Below, piece by piece: positions 1 through 8,150 of a stretch of DNA of 64,000 nt; within the stretch, counting starts at the first letter, position 1; every line of letters begins with the position of its first letter. A model generated the notes under the pieces. It had not been told where the DNA came from, made no database searches, and saw only the letters and a program-made list of their open reading frames with translations. Location of the stretch: assembly GCA_017450215.1 (NCBI GenBank), contig JAFSVH010000014.1:473-64472 (forward strand), written 5' to 3'. Both the position numbers and the translations under genes were made by a program. This DNA comes from Bacilli bacterium. Its GTDB lineage: Bacteria > Bacillota_I > Bacilli_A > ML615J-28 > CAG-698.

Positions 1-23
1 TGCTTCAACTTGTTTTAATCTCA

Positions 24-239
24 TTAATCTATATAACCCTCTGTACTATAATTATTATAGCCTTTCTTTATTTTTAAAATGATTGTGCCATCAGACATAA
101 CCGTCTTTTCAATGATTTGAAATTTTTCAGTGAGAGCCATTTTAGACAAATACAATTCTAAATCTTTTACGGGATCAGAATCATTAGTATAATCAAATAT
201 TAAAGTTTGCTCGATACATGCAGATAAAATTCTTTTCAT
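24..239 (-). CDS. small hypothetical protein (71 aa)
   Basis: Intact ORF with no motif I recognise. Its TAA stop overlaps an ATG (TAATG at 22-26) that opens another minus-strand ORF running off the window start, so it appears embedded in an operon. Confidence 0.35.
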   Translation of the reverse strand: MKRILSACIEQTLIFDYTNDSDPVKDLELYLSKMALTEKFQIIEKTVMSDGTIILKIKKGYNNYSTEGYID

Positions 240-320
240 TTAGTACCCCCTTATATTTACATTATAATCGAAAATTAAAGAAATGTAAACTCAAAAATAA
301 AAGAATTTTGAATATTACCT

Positions 321-956
321 TTATTGTTTTTCTTTATCGCTTAAATAATTTTTCATTTCTTCTAGTGAATATTTACATCCACAATATTCTTGACGATATA
401 AACCATATTCTTTTGAATAAGCTATAGATTTTTTATACCCTTCCTTCTTCTTGAAATTGGAATATAAGAATTTAATGTTGTATTTTTCCATTAGTTCTAT
501 TCCAATCTCATTAATCCAATTAGAATTCTTGTATGGACTAATTGATAGGGTTGTGGAAAAGTAATCGAAATTATTATCTTTTGCGTACTTGCATGTTTTT
601 TCTAATCTCAGCTTATAACATTCATAGCATCTCTTTCCACCTTCTTTTAGCTTATCATAATTATCTACATCCTTTATCGCATTATAAAATTCTTGATCAT
701 TATAATCACATTTCTCAATTAATTTAACTTGAGGAATCAACTTAAATTGATCATAACGTTTCTCATATTCACTTTCAGGGTAAATATTAGGATTATAATA
801 ATATATTGTGATATCAAAAAAGTTAGTAAGTTCAGCTAAAACTGCAGTAGAACATGGTCCACAGCAAGCATGAAGTAAAAGAGTCGGTTTCTTTTCTTCT
901 TTATTTATTATTTCTAATTCATCTAAATATTTTAAATAATAATTAACATTTTCCAT
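321..956 (-). CDS. queH: epoxyqueuosine reductase QueH (DUF208 family)
   Basis: 211 aa. LLLHACCGPCS motif plus CYECYKLRL and YCGC cysteine clusters, characteristic of QueH. Confidence 0.85.
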   Translation of the reverse strand: MENVNYYLKYLDELEIINKEEKKPTLLLHACCGPCSTAVLAELTNFFDITIYYYNPNIYPESEYEKRYDQFKLIPQVKLIEKCDYNDQEFYNAIKDVDNYDKLKEGGKRCYECYKLRLEKTCKYAKDNNFDYFSTTLSISPYKNSNWINEIGIELMEKYNIKFLYSNFKKKEGYKKSIAYSKEYGLYRQEYCGCKYSLEEMKNYLSDKEKQ

Positions 957-957
957 T

Positions 958-2286
958 TTAAATAGGTTTGCTATTCCTTGTTACAGTCTTAAGGTAATTT
1001 TCTCTCATTAGTTCAAAACACTTATTACTATTTGTAGTAAAGCTTGAATATGTAAACATAGTGAAGCCTAAGATATTTTTATATAATTGATTATATTTTA
1101 ATTCATCACTAATAATTAAAGGATTTGACCATATTCCTTCATCACGGCAACGATATAAAGCCATACCTATATATAATTTAGTATTAGTTTCTTTGGCTCT
1201 TTCACTCCACCATTTGACGATATCAGCGTATTTTACGATATCAATTCTTGAACCATCTTCATTTTCTTTGAAGTTATCAAATGCCCAGTAGCATTGTGGA
1301 GTAACATAATCAATCCAACCCTCTTGCATCCATTTATAGATATCAGAATAAAGAGGTGCTTCATAACCTTGAAGAGCTGATGTGATATTATTACTTCCTT
1401 TTTCCCATCCACCAACTTTACCTTCTTTTTTAAACCATTTAGAATTAGTTCTAAAAATAGCAAATGGACTAATACCAAAATCATAATGCTTTGGTAATGT
1501 AGCAAGTGCATCATGAATCTTCTTAATCATCATGTCAACATTGTATCTTCTAAAATCTTCTAAGTCTAAATCAGGTCTTATTGCTTGATGCTTCTCTTCT
1601 TCTTTATCATCAATTATAGGATCATATGGATAAAAATAATCATCAATATGAAAGGCAGTAACATCATAATTATTAGCAATTTCTAATACTGTATCTTTAA
1701 TGAAATCTTGAACTTCAACACTAGCAGGATCTAAAATCAAATGATGTAATTTAGTTTCTAATACTAAATCGGGTCTCTTCTTAGCAAAATTCTCATCATC
1801 TAATGAAGCAATGTATGCATCCTTTCCACCAATCAAACTAACGTCAGTGTTAGTTACACGATATGGATTCATCCATGCATGGATATCAATTTTAGCTTTT
1901 TTAGCTTCATCGATAAAGCTTTGCAAGAAATCATATCCTGGATCAAGTCCTTCTTCTTTTTTAGTATTTAAAAAGCGACTCCATGGATTTAATTTTGATT
2001 TATATAAGGCATCATTTGTAGGTCTAACTTGTAATACAATTGTATTCAAATGATATTTCTTACATGTTTTAATTACATCTTTAATATTATTTAAAGCTTC
2101 CTTAACACCATTCTTTGTATTATCAGTTGGTTTAAGGTCAATATTAGCAACAGTTGAAAACCAAACGCCTCGATGTTCTCTCTTTTTATTTATATAATTT
2201 AGTGGGACTTTGACTTCTTTTTTGCTATTATAAAATGTAAGCGCATCTTCTCTTCCATATTGTTTTAATATTTTGTATTCTCTCAT
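958..2286 (-). CDS. glycosyl hydrolase-like 10 family protein (GHL10/DUF187, YngK-type), apparently cytoplasmic
   Basis: 442 aa. Blocks HRGVWFSTVANID, IVLQVRPTNDALYKSKLNPWS and IHAWMNPYR fit the GHL10 TIM-barrel family. No signal peptide or lipobox. One nt separates its stop from the queH start. Confidence 0.7.
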   Translation of the reverse strand: MREYKILKQYGREDALTFYNSKKEVKVPLNYINKKREHRGVWFSTVANIDLKPTDNTKNGVKEALNNIKDVIKTCKKYHLNTIVLQVRPTNDALYKSKLNPWSRFLNTKKEEGLDPGYDFLQSFIDEAKKAKIDIHAWMNPYRVTNTDVSLIGGKDAYIASLDDENFAKKRPDLVLETKLHHLILDPASVEVQDFIKDTVLEIANNYDVTAFHIDDYFYPYDPIIDDKEEEKHQAIRPDLDLEDFRRYNVDMMIKKIHDALATLPKHYDFGISPFAIFRTNSKWFKKEGKVGGWEKGSNNITSALQGYEAPLYSDIYKWMQEGWIDYVTPQCYWAFDNFKENEDGSRIDIVKYADIVKWWSERAKETNTKLYIGMALYRCRDEGIWSNPLIISDELKYNQLYKNILGFTMFTYSSFTTNSNKCFELMRENYLKTVTRNSKPI

Positions 2287-2298
2287 TGTTTTCCCTTT

Positions 2299-3384
2299 CT
2301 ATATTTCTTCTAATACTTCTTCTAAATTTGCATATAGATAATTAGCAAATCTGCTTCTAAAACTGATGACCTTAATATTTTTTCTAGTTGGGTGAACTCT
2401 ATTAGAAAGAATTGTATAACCAAATCCATTTTCACGATCTATTACAATATTTGTTCCTGTAAATCCTGTGTGAGAAATAGTTGATTTAGAAGCCAAATCA
2501 CCAGCACAAGTGTTATTACATTTCACAATCCAACCTAAGCCCCTCATTTCACCTTCAATTCCAACTCCATCAACTTCTTTAACTTGTGGAGTGCTAAATA
2601 AATCAAGAGTTCTTTTACTTAAAAACTTCTTTCCTCTAAACATTCCATCATTTAAAAATATTTCAATAAAATTACTTAAATCCGAAACAGTTGAAAATAG
2701 TCCAGCATGACCTGCAACGCCACCCATATTGTGACTCATTTCATCATGCACATATCCACGATCAAAAAATCCACCTCTATCTTCAGTTGTAGCACATCTT
2801 TTAGCATCCTTTGGATTGTATCCAGTATCAATCATATCAAGTGGTTTAAAGATGTTTAGATAAGCAAATTCATCTAATCCCATTCCGCTTATCGCTTCAA
2901 CTATAAGCCCTAAAAGAACAAAATTGATATCAGAATAACGAATTAATGAATGTCTCTTATAATCATAATCAATATTCATAATTCCTTTAATAATTTGTTC
3001 TCTATTCATTGTGTGAGCTCCAGGTAACCCTGGTCTAATACCAGATGTATGTGTTAACAAATCCCAAATAGTTACATCAGTTAATTTAAAGTCTGGTAAA
3101 AATTTACACACTTGATCACTTAATCTAAAACATCCACGTTCAAGTAGTAACATAATTGATGTAGTAGTTGCAACTACTTTAGAGCAAGATGCCATATCAT
3201 ACATTGTATTGATGTCATTTTTTTCTTCTTCTGGATATTTTGCTTTAAGTCCAAAAGTTTTCATATAACAAGATCCATCTTTTTTCACAATAGCAAAATT
3301 ACATCCAGGAAAAACATCTTCCTTACATGCATTTTCTAACATCATATCTAATGATTTTAAATATTTCTTTTCCATTCTTTTCAC
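2299..3384 (-). CDS. serine hydrolase of the beta-lactamase / DD-peptidase fold (AmpC/AmiE-like)
   Basis: 361 aa. S-x-x-K nucleophile motif (MASCSKVV) about 65 aa from the N-terminus, HTSGI block, C-terminal HTGFTG (KTG-like) block. No signal peptide. Confidence 0.75.
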   Translation of the reverse strand: MKRMEKKYLKSLDMMLENACKEDVFPGCNFAIVKKDGSCYMKTFGLKAKYPEEEKNDINTMYDMASCSKVVATTTSIMLLLERGCFRLSDQVCKFLPDFKLTDVTIWDLLTHTSGIRPGLPGAHTMNREQIIKGIMNIDYDYKRHSLIRYSDINFVLLGLIVEAISGMGLDEFAYLNIFKPLDMIDTGYNPKDAKRCATTEDRGGFFDRGYVHDEMSHNMGGVAGHAGLFSTVSDLSNFIEIFLNDGMFRGKKFLSKRTLDLFSTPQVKEVDGVGIEGEMRGLGWIVKCNNTCAGDLASKSTISHTGFTGTNIVIDRENGFGYTILSNRVHPTRKNIKVISFRSRFANYLYANLEEVLEEI

Positions 3385-3408
3385 CTCAATGTTTATAAAT
3401 ATTTATAT

Positions 3409-5622
3409 TTAAAATTTATGAACTAAATGTCCATATCTATCAAAGAAGTTCTTATAACACATCTTATCAATTTCTTCATTATTATAACCCATTTCTTCTA
3501 GCATATCGATAATTCGATATGAAAATGTAGCATCACTAACATCAATTAAATTTGAATTAGGGAATTCACTTAAATAATCCATAAAATCAAAACCAAAGCA
3601 AATATTATCAACACCCATAATGTCAATTGCATGCTTTACATGCTTTTTAAACATATCAAATGTTCTATTTTCTTCATTTTCAGAAATGAATGAATTAGCA
3701 AGAGTAATACCAAATAATCCATCAACTTCCTTTAGTGCTTTAAGTTGAGCATCAGTTAAATTTCTTGGATGCAAGCAGAATGCTTTACATAAACCATGTG
3801 AATAAATAATATTCTTTTTTACCACTTTTAAAGCATCATAGAAACTTTTTTCGTTTGTATGAGCAAGGTCAATAATCATTCCTTTTTCTTCCATATGCTT
3901 AAGCAGTTTAATGCCATCCTCAGTAAATCCTCTTTCTGGATTACTCTTAGCACCTGTTGCCCATTTATTTTCTTCATTCCAAGTAACCATAGCGTGTCTA
4001 AATCCCATATCATAAAGTGTATCAAGTTCACTTATTTCATGAACATTACGTAAGCCTTCTAAGCCTAATATTACTGGAAAATTAGGAAGTAACTTTTCTT
4101 TTTCTTTTAATTCTTCTAAAGCTATTTTACATGCTTCAATTAAATTAAAATCAAATTCAGAATACATTGTCCAAAGTGCACCACCAATTGATGAATTTCT
4201 TAGTTGATTAACATGATAATCTTTAAATCTATTCTTTACACCTTGGGCTTTTCTAGTCCATAAATCATATAATACATCACAATGACAATCAAAAACTTTA
4301 TGTTTACGTATATCATTTAAAGTACTAAATGATTTACTTAAATCATTGTATGATTCTCTATTTACTGCAACCTTAACCTCATCATCACGAACAAAGATTG
4401 TAGCTGATCTAATTGCACCATTGTAATTACTACTCATTGCATAGCAATAAGCACCTGTACAATAAGTAACTAAATAATCACCATCTTTTGCTTCTTGTAA
4501 ATAAATATCACTTCTTACTACATCTCCGCTTTCACAACAAGGACCAACAACATCAACTAAAACTTTATTGCCATTCATATTACTAGCATTATCAACATGA
4601 TATTTAGCTCCATATAAAGCAGGACGAATGTTATCTGTCATTCCACCATCAGCAAATACATAAGTTTTGCCACCATATGATTTCTTAGTTCCACCACATC
4701 TATATATTGTAAAGCTTGAGTCACCAACGATACTCCTGCCTGGTTCAATCAAAATATTTTTAATATGAAGACCTTTATCATTATATTCTTTAACTCTTGA
4801 GACAATATTTGTTACCATTTCTTTGATATCAATCATCTTATCATCATCTAAATATTTGATACCAAAACCACCACCTAAATTTAATGTATTAATTGTAATA
4901 CCATTTCTCTTTTCGATTTCCCCAATGAAATCAAGCATAACCTTACTTGCTTCACTAAAACTACTTGCTTCACTAATTGATGAACCAATATGTGAATGAT
5001 ATCCATCAAAATGGATGAGACTATTTTTTTTACAAATATCAATAAATTTCTTATGCAAATCAAAATCATAAATTGATTCACCAAATTTACTATTCAATTT
5101 AGCAGTTTGCATATATTCATGAGTATGTGCTTCAACTCCAGAATTAATACGAAGTAATACATGAATATCTTTATTCAATTTTCTAGTTATTAAGTCGATA
5201 TTCTTTAATTCTTCTAAACTATCTGCAACTAAATAACCCACACCTTTATTAATAGCAAATTCAAGTTCTTCCTCTTTTTTATAATTACCATGAAGTACAA
5301 CTTTACTAAAATCAAAGTGAGCATGTTCAATCATCATTAAATCACCCATGCTTACACTATCTATCATCATATTATATTCATTTAATATATCTAATAAATA
5401 AGGTGCAAAGAATGCCTTTGATGCATAAACTACACGACAAGATACATCATTATCTTTGAAATGCTCTTTATATAAATCAAGCTTTGCTCTAAGATGATTT
5501 TCATCAAATACATAAAGTGGAGTATTATATTCTTTTCCTAAATCAGAAATTTTGTATTTACCTAAATACAATTCATTATCCACTACATTCATTTTTAATG
5601 TTTGTAAACTATTAGTCTTCAT
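3409..5622 (-). CDS. lysA: fusion protein: diaminopimelate decarboxylase (N-terminal) + M19 family dipeptidase (C-terminal)
   Basis: Single frame of 737 aa from the ATG at 5622 (RBS GAAGGGAAG upstream; the track ORF extends 24 codons further into dusB). LysA blocks: YASKAF, HSHIGS, LNLGGGFG, EPGRSIVG, GPCCESGD, GAYCYAMSSNYN. M19 blocks follow: FDCHCD, MVTWNEEN, DLAHTNEKS, SHGLCKAFCLHPRNL, GFDF. Confidence 0.85.
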   Translation of the reverse strand: MKTNSLQTLKMNVVDNELYLGKYKISDLGKEYNTPLYVFDENHLRAKLDLYKEHFKDNDVSCRVVYASKAFFAPYLLDILNEYNMMIDSVSMGDLMMIEHAHFDFSKVVLHGNYKKEEELEFAINKGVGYLVADSLEELKNIDLITRKLNKDIHVLLRINSGVEAHTHEYMQTAKLNSKFGESIYDFDLHKKFIDICKKNSLIHFDGYHSHIGSSISEASSFSEASKVMLDFIGEIEKRNGITINTLNLGGGFGIKYLDDDKMIDIKEMVTNIVSRVKEYNDKGLHIKNILIEPGRSIVGDSSFTIYRCGGTKKSYGGKTYVFADGGMTDNIRPALYGAKYHVDNASNMNGNKVLVDVVGPCCESGDVVRSDIYLQEAKDGDYLVTYCTGAYCYAMSSNYNGAIRSATIFVRDDEVKVAVNRESYNDLSKSFSTLNDIRKHKVFDCHCDVLYDLWTRKAQGVKNRFKDYHVNQLRNSSIGGALWTMYSEFDFNLIEACKIALEELKEKEKLLPNFPVILGLEGLRNVHEISELDTLYDMGFRHAMVTWNEENKWATGAKSNPERGFTEDGIKLLKHMEEKGMIIDLAHTNEKSFYDALKVVKKNIIYSHGLCKAFCLHPRNLTDAQLKALKEVDGLFGITLANSFISENEENRTFDMFKKHVKHAIDIMGVDNICFGFDFMDYLSEFPNSNLIDVSDATFSYRIIDMLEEMGYNNEEIDKMCYKNFFDRYGHLVHKF

Positions 5623-6619
5623 TTTTCTTCCCTTCTTTTGCTTTTTCTTTAAACCAATTGATACAATCAAATAATTCTTCTTTTGTTTTAACACTGGTTA
5701 CTTTTTCTCTAAATTCTTTCACATTTTGATATCCTTTCACATACCAACTAGCCATAGTTCGCATTTCTAGAATAGCAATATATTCACCTTTTAATTCTAT
5801 TAATTCTTCAACTTTCTTTTTTAAAAAGTCAAGTTTTTCATCGAGTGTTTTCTTTTTATATTCAATACCTGAAAATCCAGCAAGTATTTCTTTAAATATC
5901 CAAGGATTACCAAAACTTCCACGACCAATCATCAATGCATCAACTCCCGTTTCATCAAAGAATCGTTTTGCATCTTCATAATTTTTGATATCACCATTAC
6001 CAATAACTGGAATGTTTATTGCTTCTTTTACTTGCTTAATATATTCTAAATTAACCCTACCAGTATACATATCAGATTTACATCTTCCATGAATAGCAAT
6101 AGCGCTAGCTCCTGCTTCTTCCATTAATTTTGCAAAGCGAACACAATTGATATTATTGTGATCCCAACCAAGTCTAATCTTTACTGTTACTGGTATTTTC
6201 ACGTTTTTAGTAATTGCTTTGACTAATTCATATGAATGTTCTTCATCAGTCATTGCATATGCCCCACTTTGAGATTTTATTACTTTTTTTACAGGACAAC
6301 CCATGTTGATATCGATAATATCACATTTACATCTTTCTTCTACCATTTTAGCTGCTTTTACCATTTCATCGATATCATAACCAAACAATTGAACGCTAGT
6401 ATAACCATTATCTAAATCACACATAGCCATATCAATGGTTTTATCGTTCTCAAAAAGTAAGCCTTTTGAACTAATCATTTCTGTATAAGCAAGACTAGCC
6501 CCACTATCTCTACACATATTGCGATATACTTTATTAGTATAACCAGCAAGAGGAGCAAGGATTAAATTGTTTTTTAAAGTTATATTTTTTATTTTTAATT
6601 CGTGTATATATTTATTCAT
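5612..6619 (-). CDS. dusB: tRNA-dihydrouridine synthase
   Basis: 335 aa. LAPLAGYTN start, DINMGCPVKKV catalytic-Cys block, AIHGR and FMN-binding GNGDI blocks typical of the Dus family. Confidence 0.85.
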   Translation of the reverse strand: MNKYIHELKIKNITLKNNLILAPLAGYTNKVYRNMCRDSGASLAYTEMISSKGLLFENDKTIDMAMCDLDNGYTSVQLFGYDIDEMVKAAKMVEERCKCDIIDINMGCPVKKVIKSQSGAYAMTDEEHSYELVKAITKNVKIPVTVKIRLGWDHNNINCVRFAKLMEEAGASAIAIHGRCKSDMYTGRVNLEYIKQVKEAINIPVIGNGDIKNYEDAKRFFDETGVDALMIGRGSFGNPWIFKEILAGFSGIEYKKKTLDEKLDFLKKKVEELIELKGEYIAILEMRTMASWYVKGYQNVKEFREKVTSVKTKEELFDCINWFKEKAKEGKKNED

Positions 6620-6687
6620 ATTCTTTATTTTAAAACATAATTACTCTAAAAGATTATAACACAGTAAATAAAATATTGCCACAAATG

Positions 6688-6723
6688 AAAAAAAAAAAGT
6701 ACAAATGAATATTAATTTGTACT
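6688..6723 (-). terminator. rho-independent terminator downstream of dut
   Basis: Minus strand reads AGTACAAAT-(8 nt loop)-ATTTGTACT followed by a run of ten T. Confidence 0.6.
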
Positions 6724-6754
6724 TTATGTAAATATTATTATTAATTGCTATTTA

Positions 6755-7246
6755 TTATTTTTTATCACTAGAACCAAAGCCACCAGTTCTGTTTTCACTT
6801 GCATCATCATCAATTGTGATACCATAAGGAACAAAAATACCTTGTACAAATGCTTTGCCTTCTTCAATCACAAGAATTTCATCACTATTATTGTATATCT
6901 TAATCATAATATGTCCCTCATTTAAAGCATTATAATAATCACTATCAATAATACCAACAGTATTAGCAAGGGCCATTTTATATTTAAAGCCTAGTGAACT
7001 CCTTGGAAAAATTTGTAATAGCCAACCTTCATTAATTTTAACTCTTATTCCTGTTTTAATAGTTGCACATTCTTTAGGGTTAATTTTCAATTCATACGGT
7101 AAAAAGAAATCATAACCAGCAGAACCTGTTGTTGCTCTTTTTGGTAAAATAATCTTATCGTAATAATCATAATCATTATTATCATTATTATTATCTTTTA
7201 AGAATTGTTCATAACTAATTTTTTCAAATTTTGCAATTTTTTCCAT
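6755..7246 (-). CDS. dut: dUTP diphosphatase (trimeric dUTPase family)
   Basis: GSAGYDF, GIIDSDYYN and C-terminal RTGGFGSS motifs. Start moved to the ATG at 7246, preceded by GAGGT 7 nt upstream, which removes the overlap with the upstream gene. Confidence 0.8.
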   Translation of the reverse strand: MEKIAKFEKISYEQFLKDNNNDNNDYDYYDKIILPKRATTGSAGYDFFLPYELKINPKECATIKTGIRVKINEGWLLQIFPRSSLGFKYKMALANTVGIIDSDYYNALNEGHIMIKIYNNSDEILVIEEGKAFVQGIFVPYGITIDDDASENRTGGFGSSDKK

Positions 7247-7256
7247 ATTAAATACC

Positions 7257-7985
7257 TCACACATATAATAATGTAACAAGTATTGATATCAAATTATTCA
7301 ATATATGAACAATCATAGATGTATAAACAGATTTAGAATAATAAGCAATAATACCAAGAGCTAAACCCATAAATAGATATGGGAAGATAAAAATATAATC
7401 ACCACCGCTAACTACATGAATCAAGCCAAAGAAGATGGATGATGCTAGAATACCAACAACAACTCTTGGATCGCCTGGCTTTCTTACTTTTGAGCCAATT
7501 ATCGTACCTTGTAATATTCCTCTAAATACTATCTCTTCAACAATAGGTCCAATTATGACAGCAACAAAAATATAAAGCCATCCACCATCAGCAGAAATGA
7601 TTGAATTAACTGCTGTTTCATTAATGCTTTCACCACCACCTGCAAACGCACGTGATATCACAGTACCAGAAACACTAGCTACAGTTAAAATTCCATAACC
7701 TATAACTACTTCTAAGAAAGCTCTTGAAAAGTTCTTTCTCTTTAATATCATACAATCTAAATAATAGATTTGAGGCACAAGAAGTAATGATAATACGAAT
7801 AAGATTAAATAAATAATAACATTTGAGAATACTAAATAAGCTCTTGCTCCCTCATAACTTGATCCATATATTCCAGCTATAGGAGAAAGCATTTTTGATG
7901 AAAAACTAGTAAACAATAAAAGAAAATATATTACTAGAAAAATAGCCATCTTAATGTATCTCAAATACTTGTACATAAATTTCAT
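7257..7985 (-). CDS. CPBP family intramembrane glutamic endopeptidase (CAAX protease-like)
   Basis: 242 aa polytopic membrane protein with EEIVFRG, FGLIH and HILNN motifs. Confidence 0.8.
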   Translation of the reverse strand: MKFMYKYLRYIKMAIFLVIYFLLLFTSFSSKMLSPIAGIYGSSYEGARAYLVFSNVIIYLILFVLSLLLVPQIYYLDCMILKRKNFSRAFLEVVIGYGILTVASVSGTVISRAFAGGGESINETAVNSIISADGGWLYIFVAVIIGPIVEEIVFRGILQGTIIGSKVRKPGDPRVVVGILASSIFFGLIHVVSGGDYIFIFPYLFMGLALGIIAYYSKSVYTSMIVHILNNLISILVTLLYV

Positions 7986-8118
7986 ATTTTACCTACATTT
8001 TCTATATAATTTATACCATTATATATTAACTTGACTTTTATTTCAATATAATAAACCTTAAGTTAAGAAAAAGGATAAGTATTTAAATGTAATAATATCA
8101 TTTAAACACGTATCCGTA

Positions 8119-8150
8119 TTTTCTATTTGTTTTCTATTTATTTTCTATTT
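8119..8150. repeat. three tandem copies of an 11-nt unit (ttttctattt[g/a])
   Basis: Read directly from the sequence. The last copy overlaps the TAG stop (8145-8147) of the ABC gene. Confidence 0.7.

Noticed and set aside
1-24. Start of another minus-strand ORF (ATG at 22-24, MRLKQVEA...) running off the window.
   Set aside because: Only 8 codons are visible, too few to support a call. It is noted only as evidence that the 71-aa ORF sits inside an operon.
5623-5694. N-terminal 24-codon extension of the LysA-M19 ORF.
   Set aside because: The extension lies inside the dusB coding region. An ATG at 5622 with GAAGGGAAG upstream gives a normal LysA N-terminus.
8030-8060. Plus-strand TTGACT...TATAAT-like sequence in the spacer between the CPBP and ABC genes.
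   Set aside because: The spacing between the two hexamers is about 10 nt, too short. There is also no plus-strand gene downstream.
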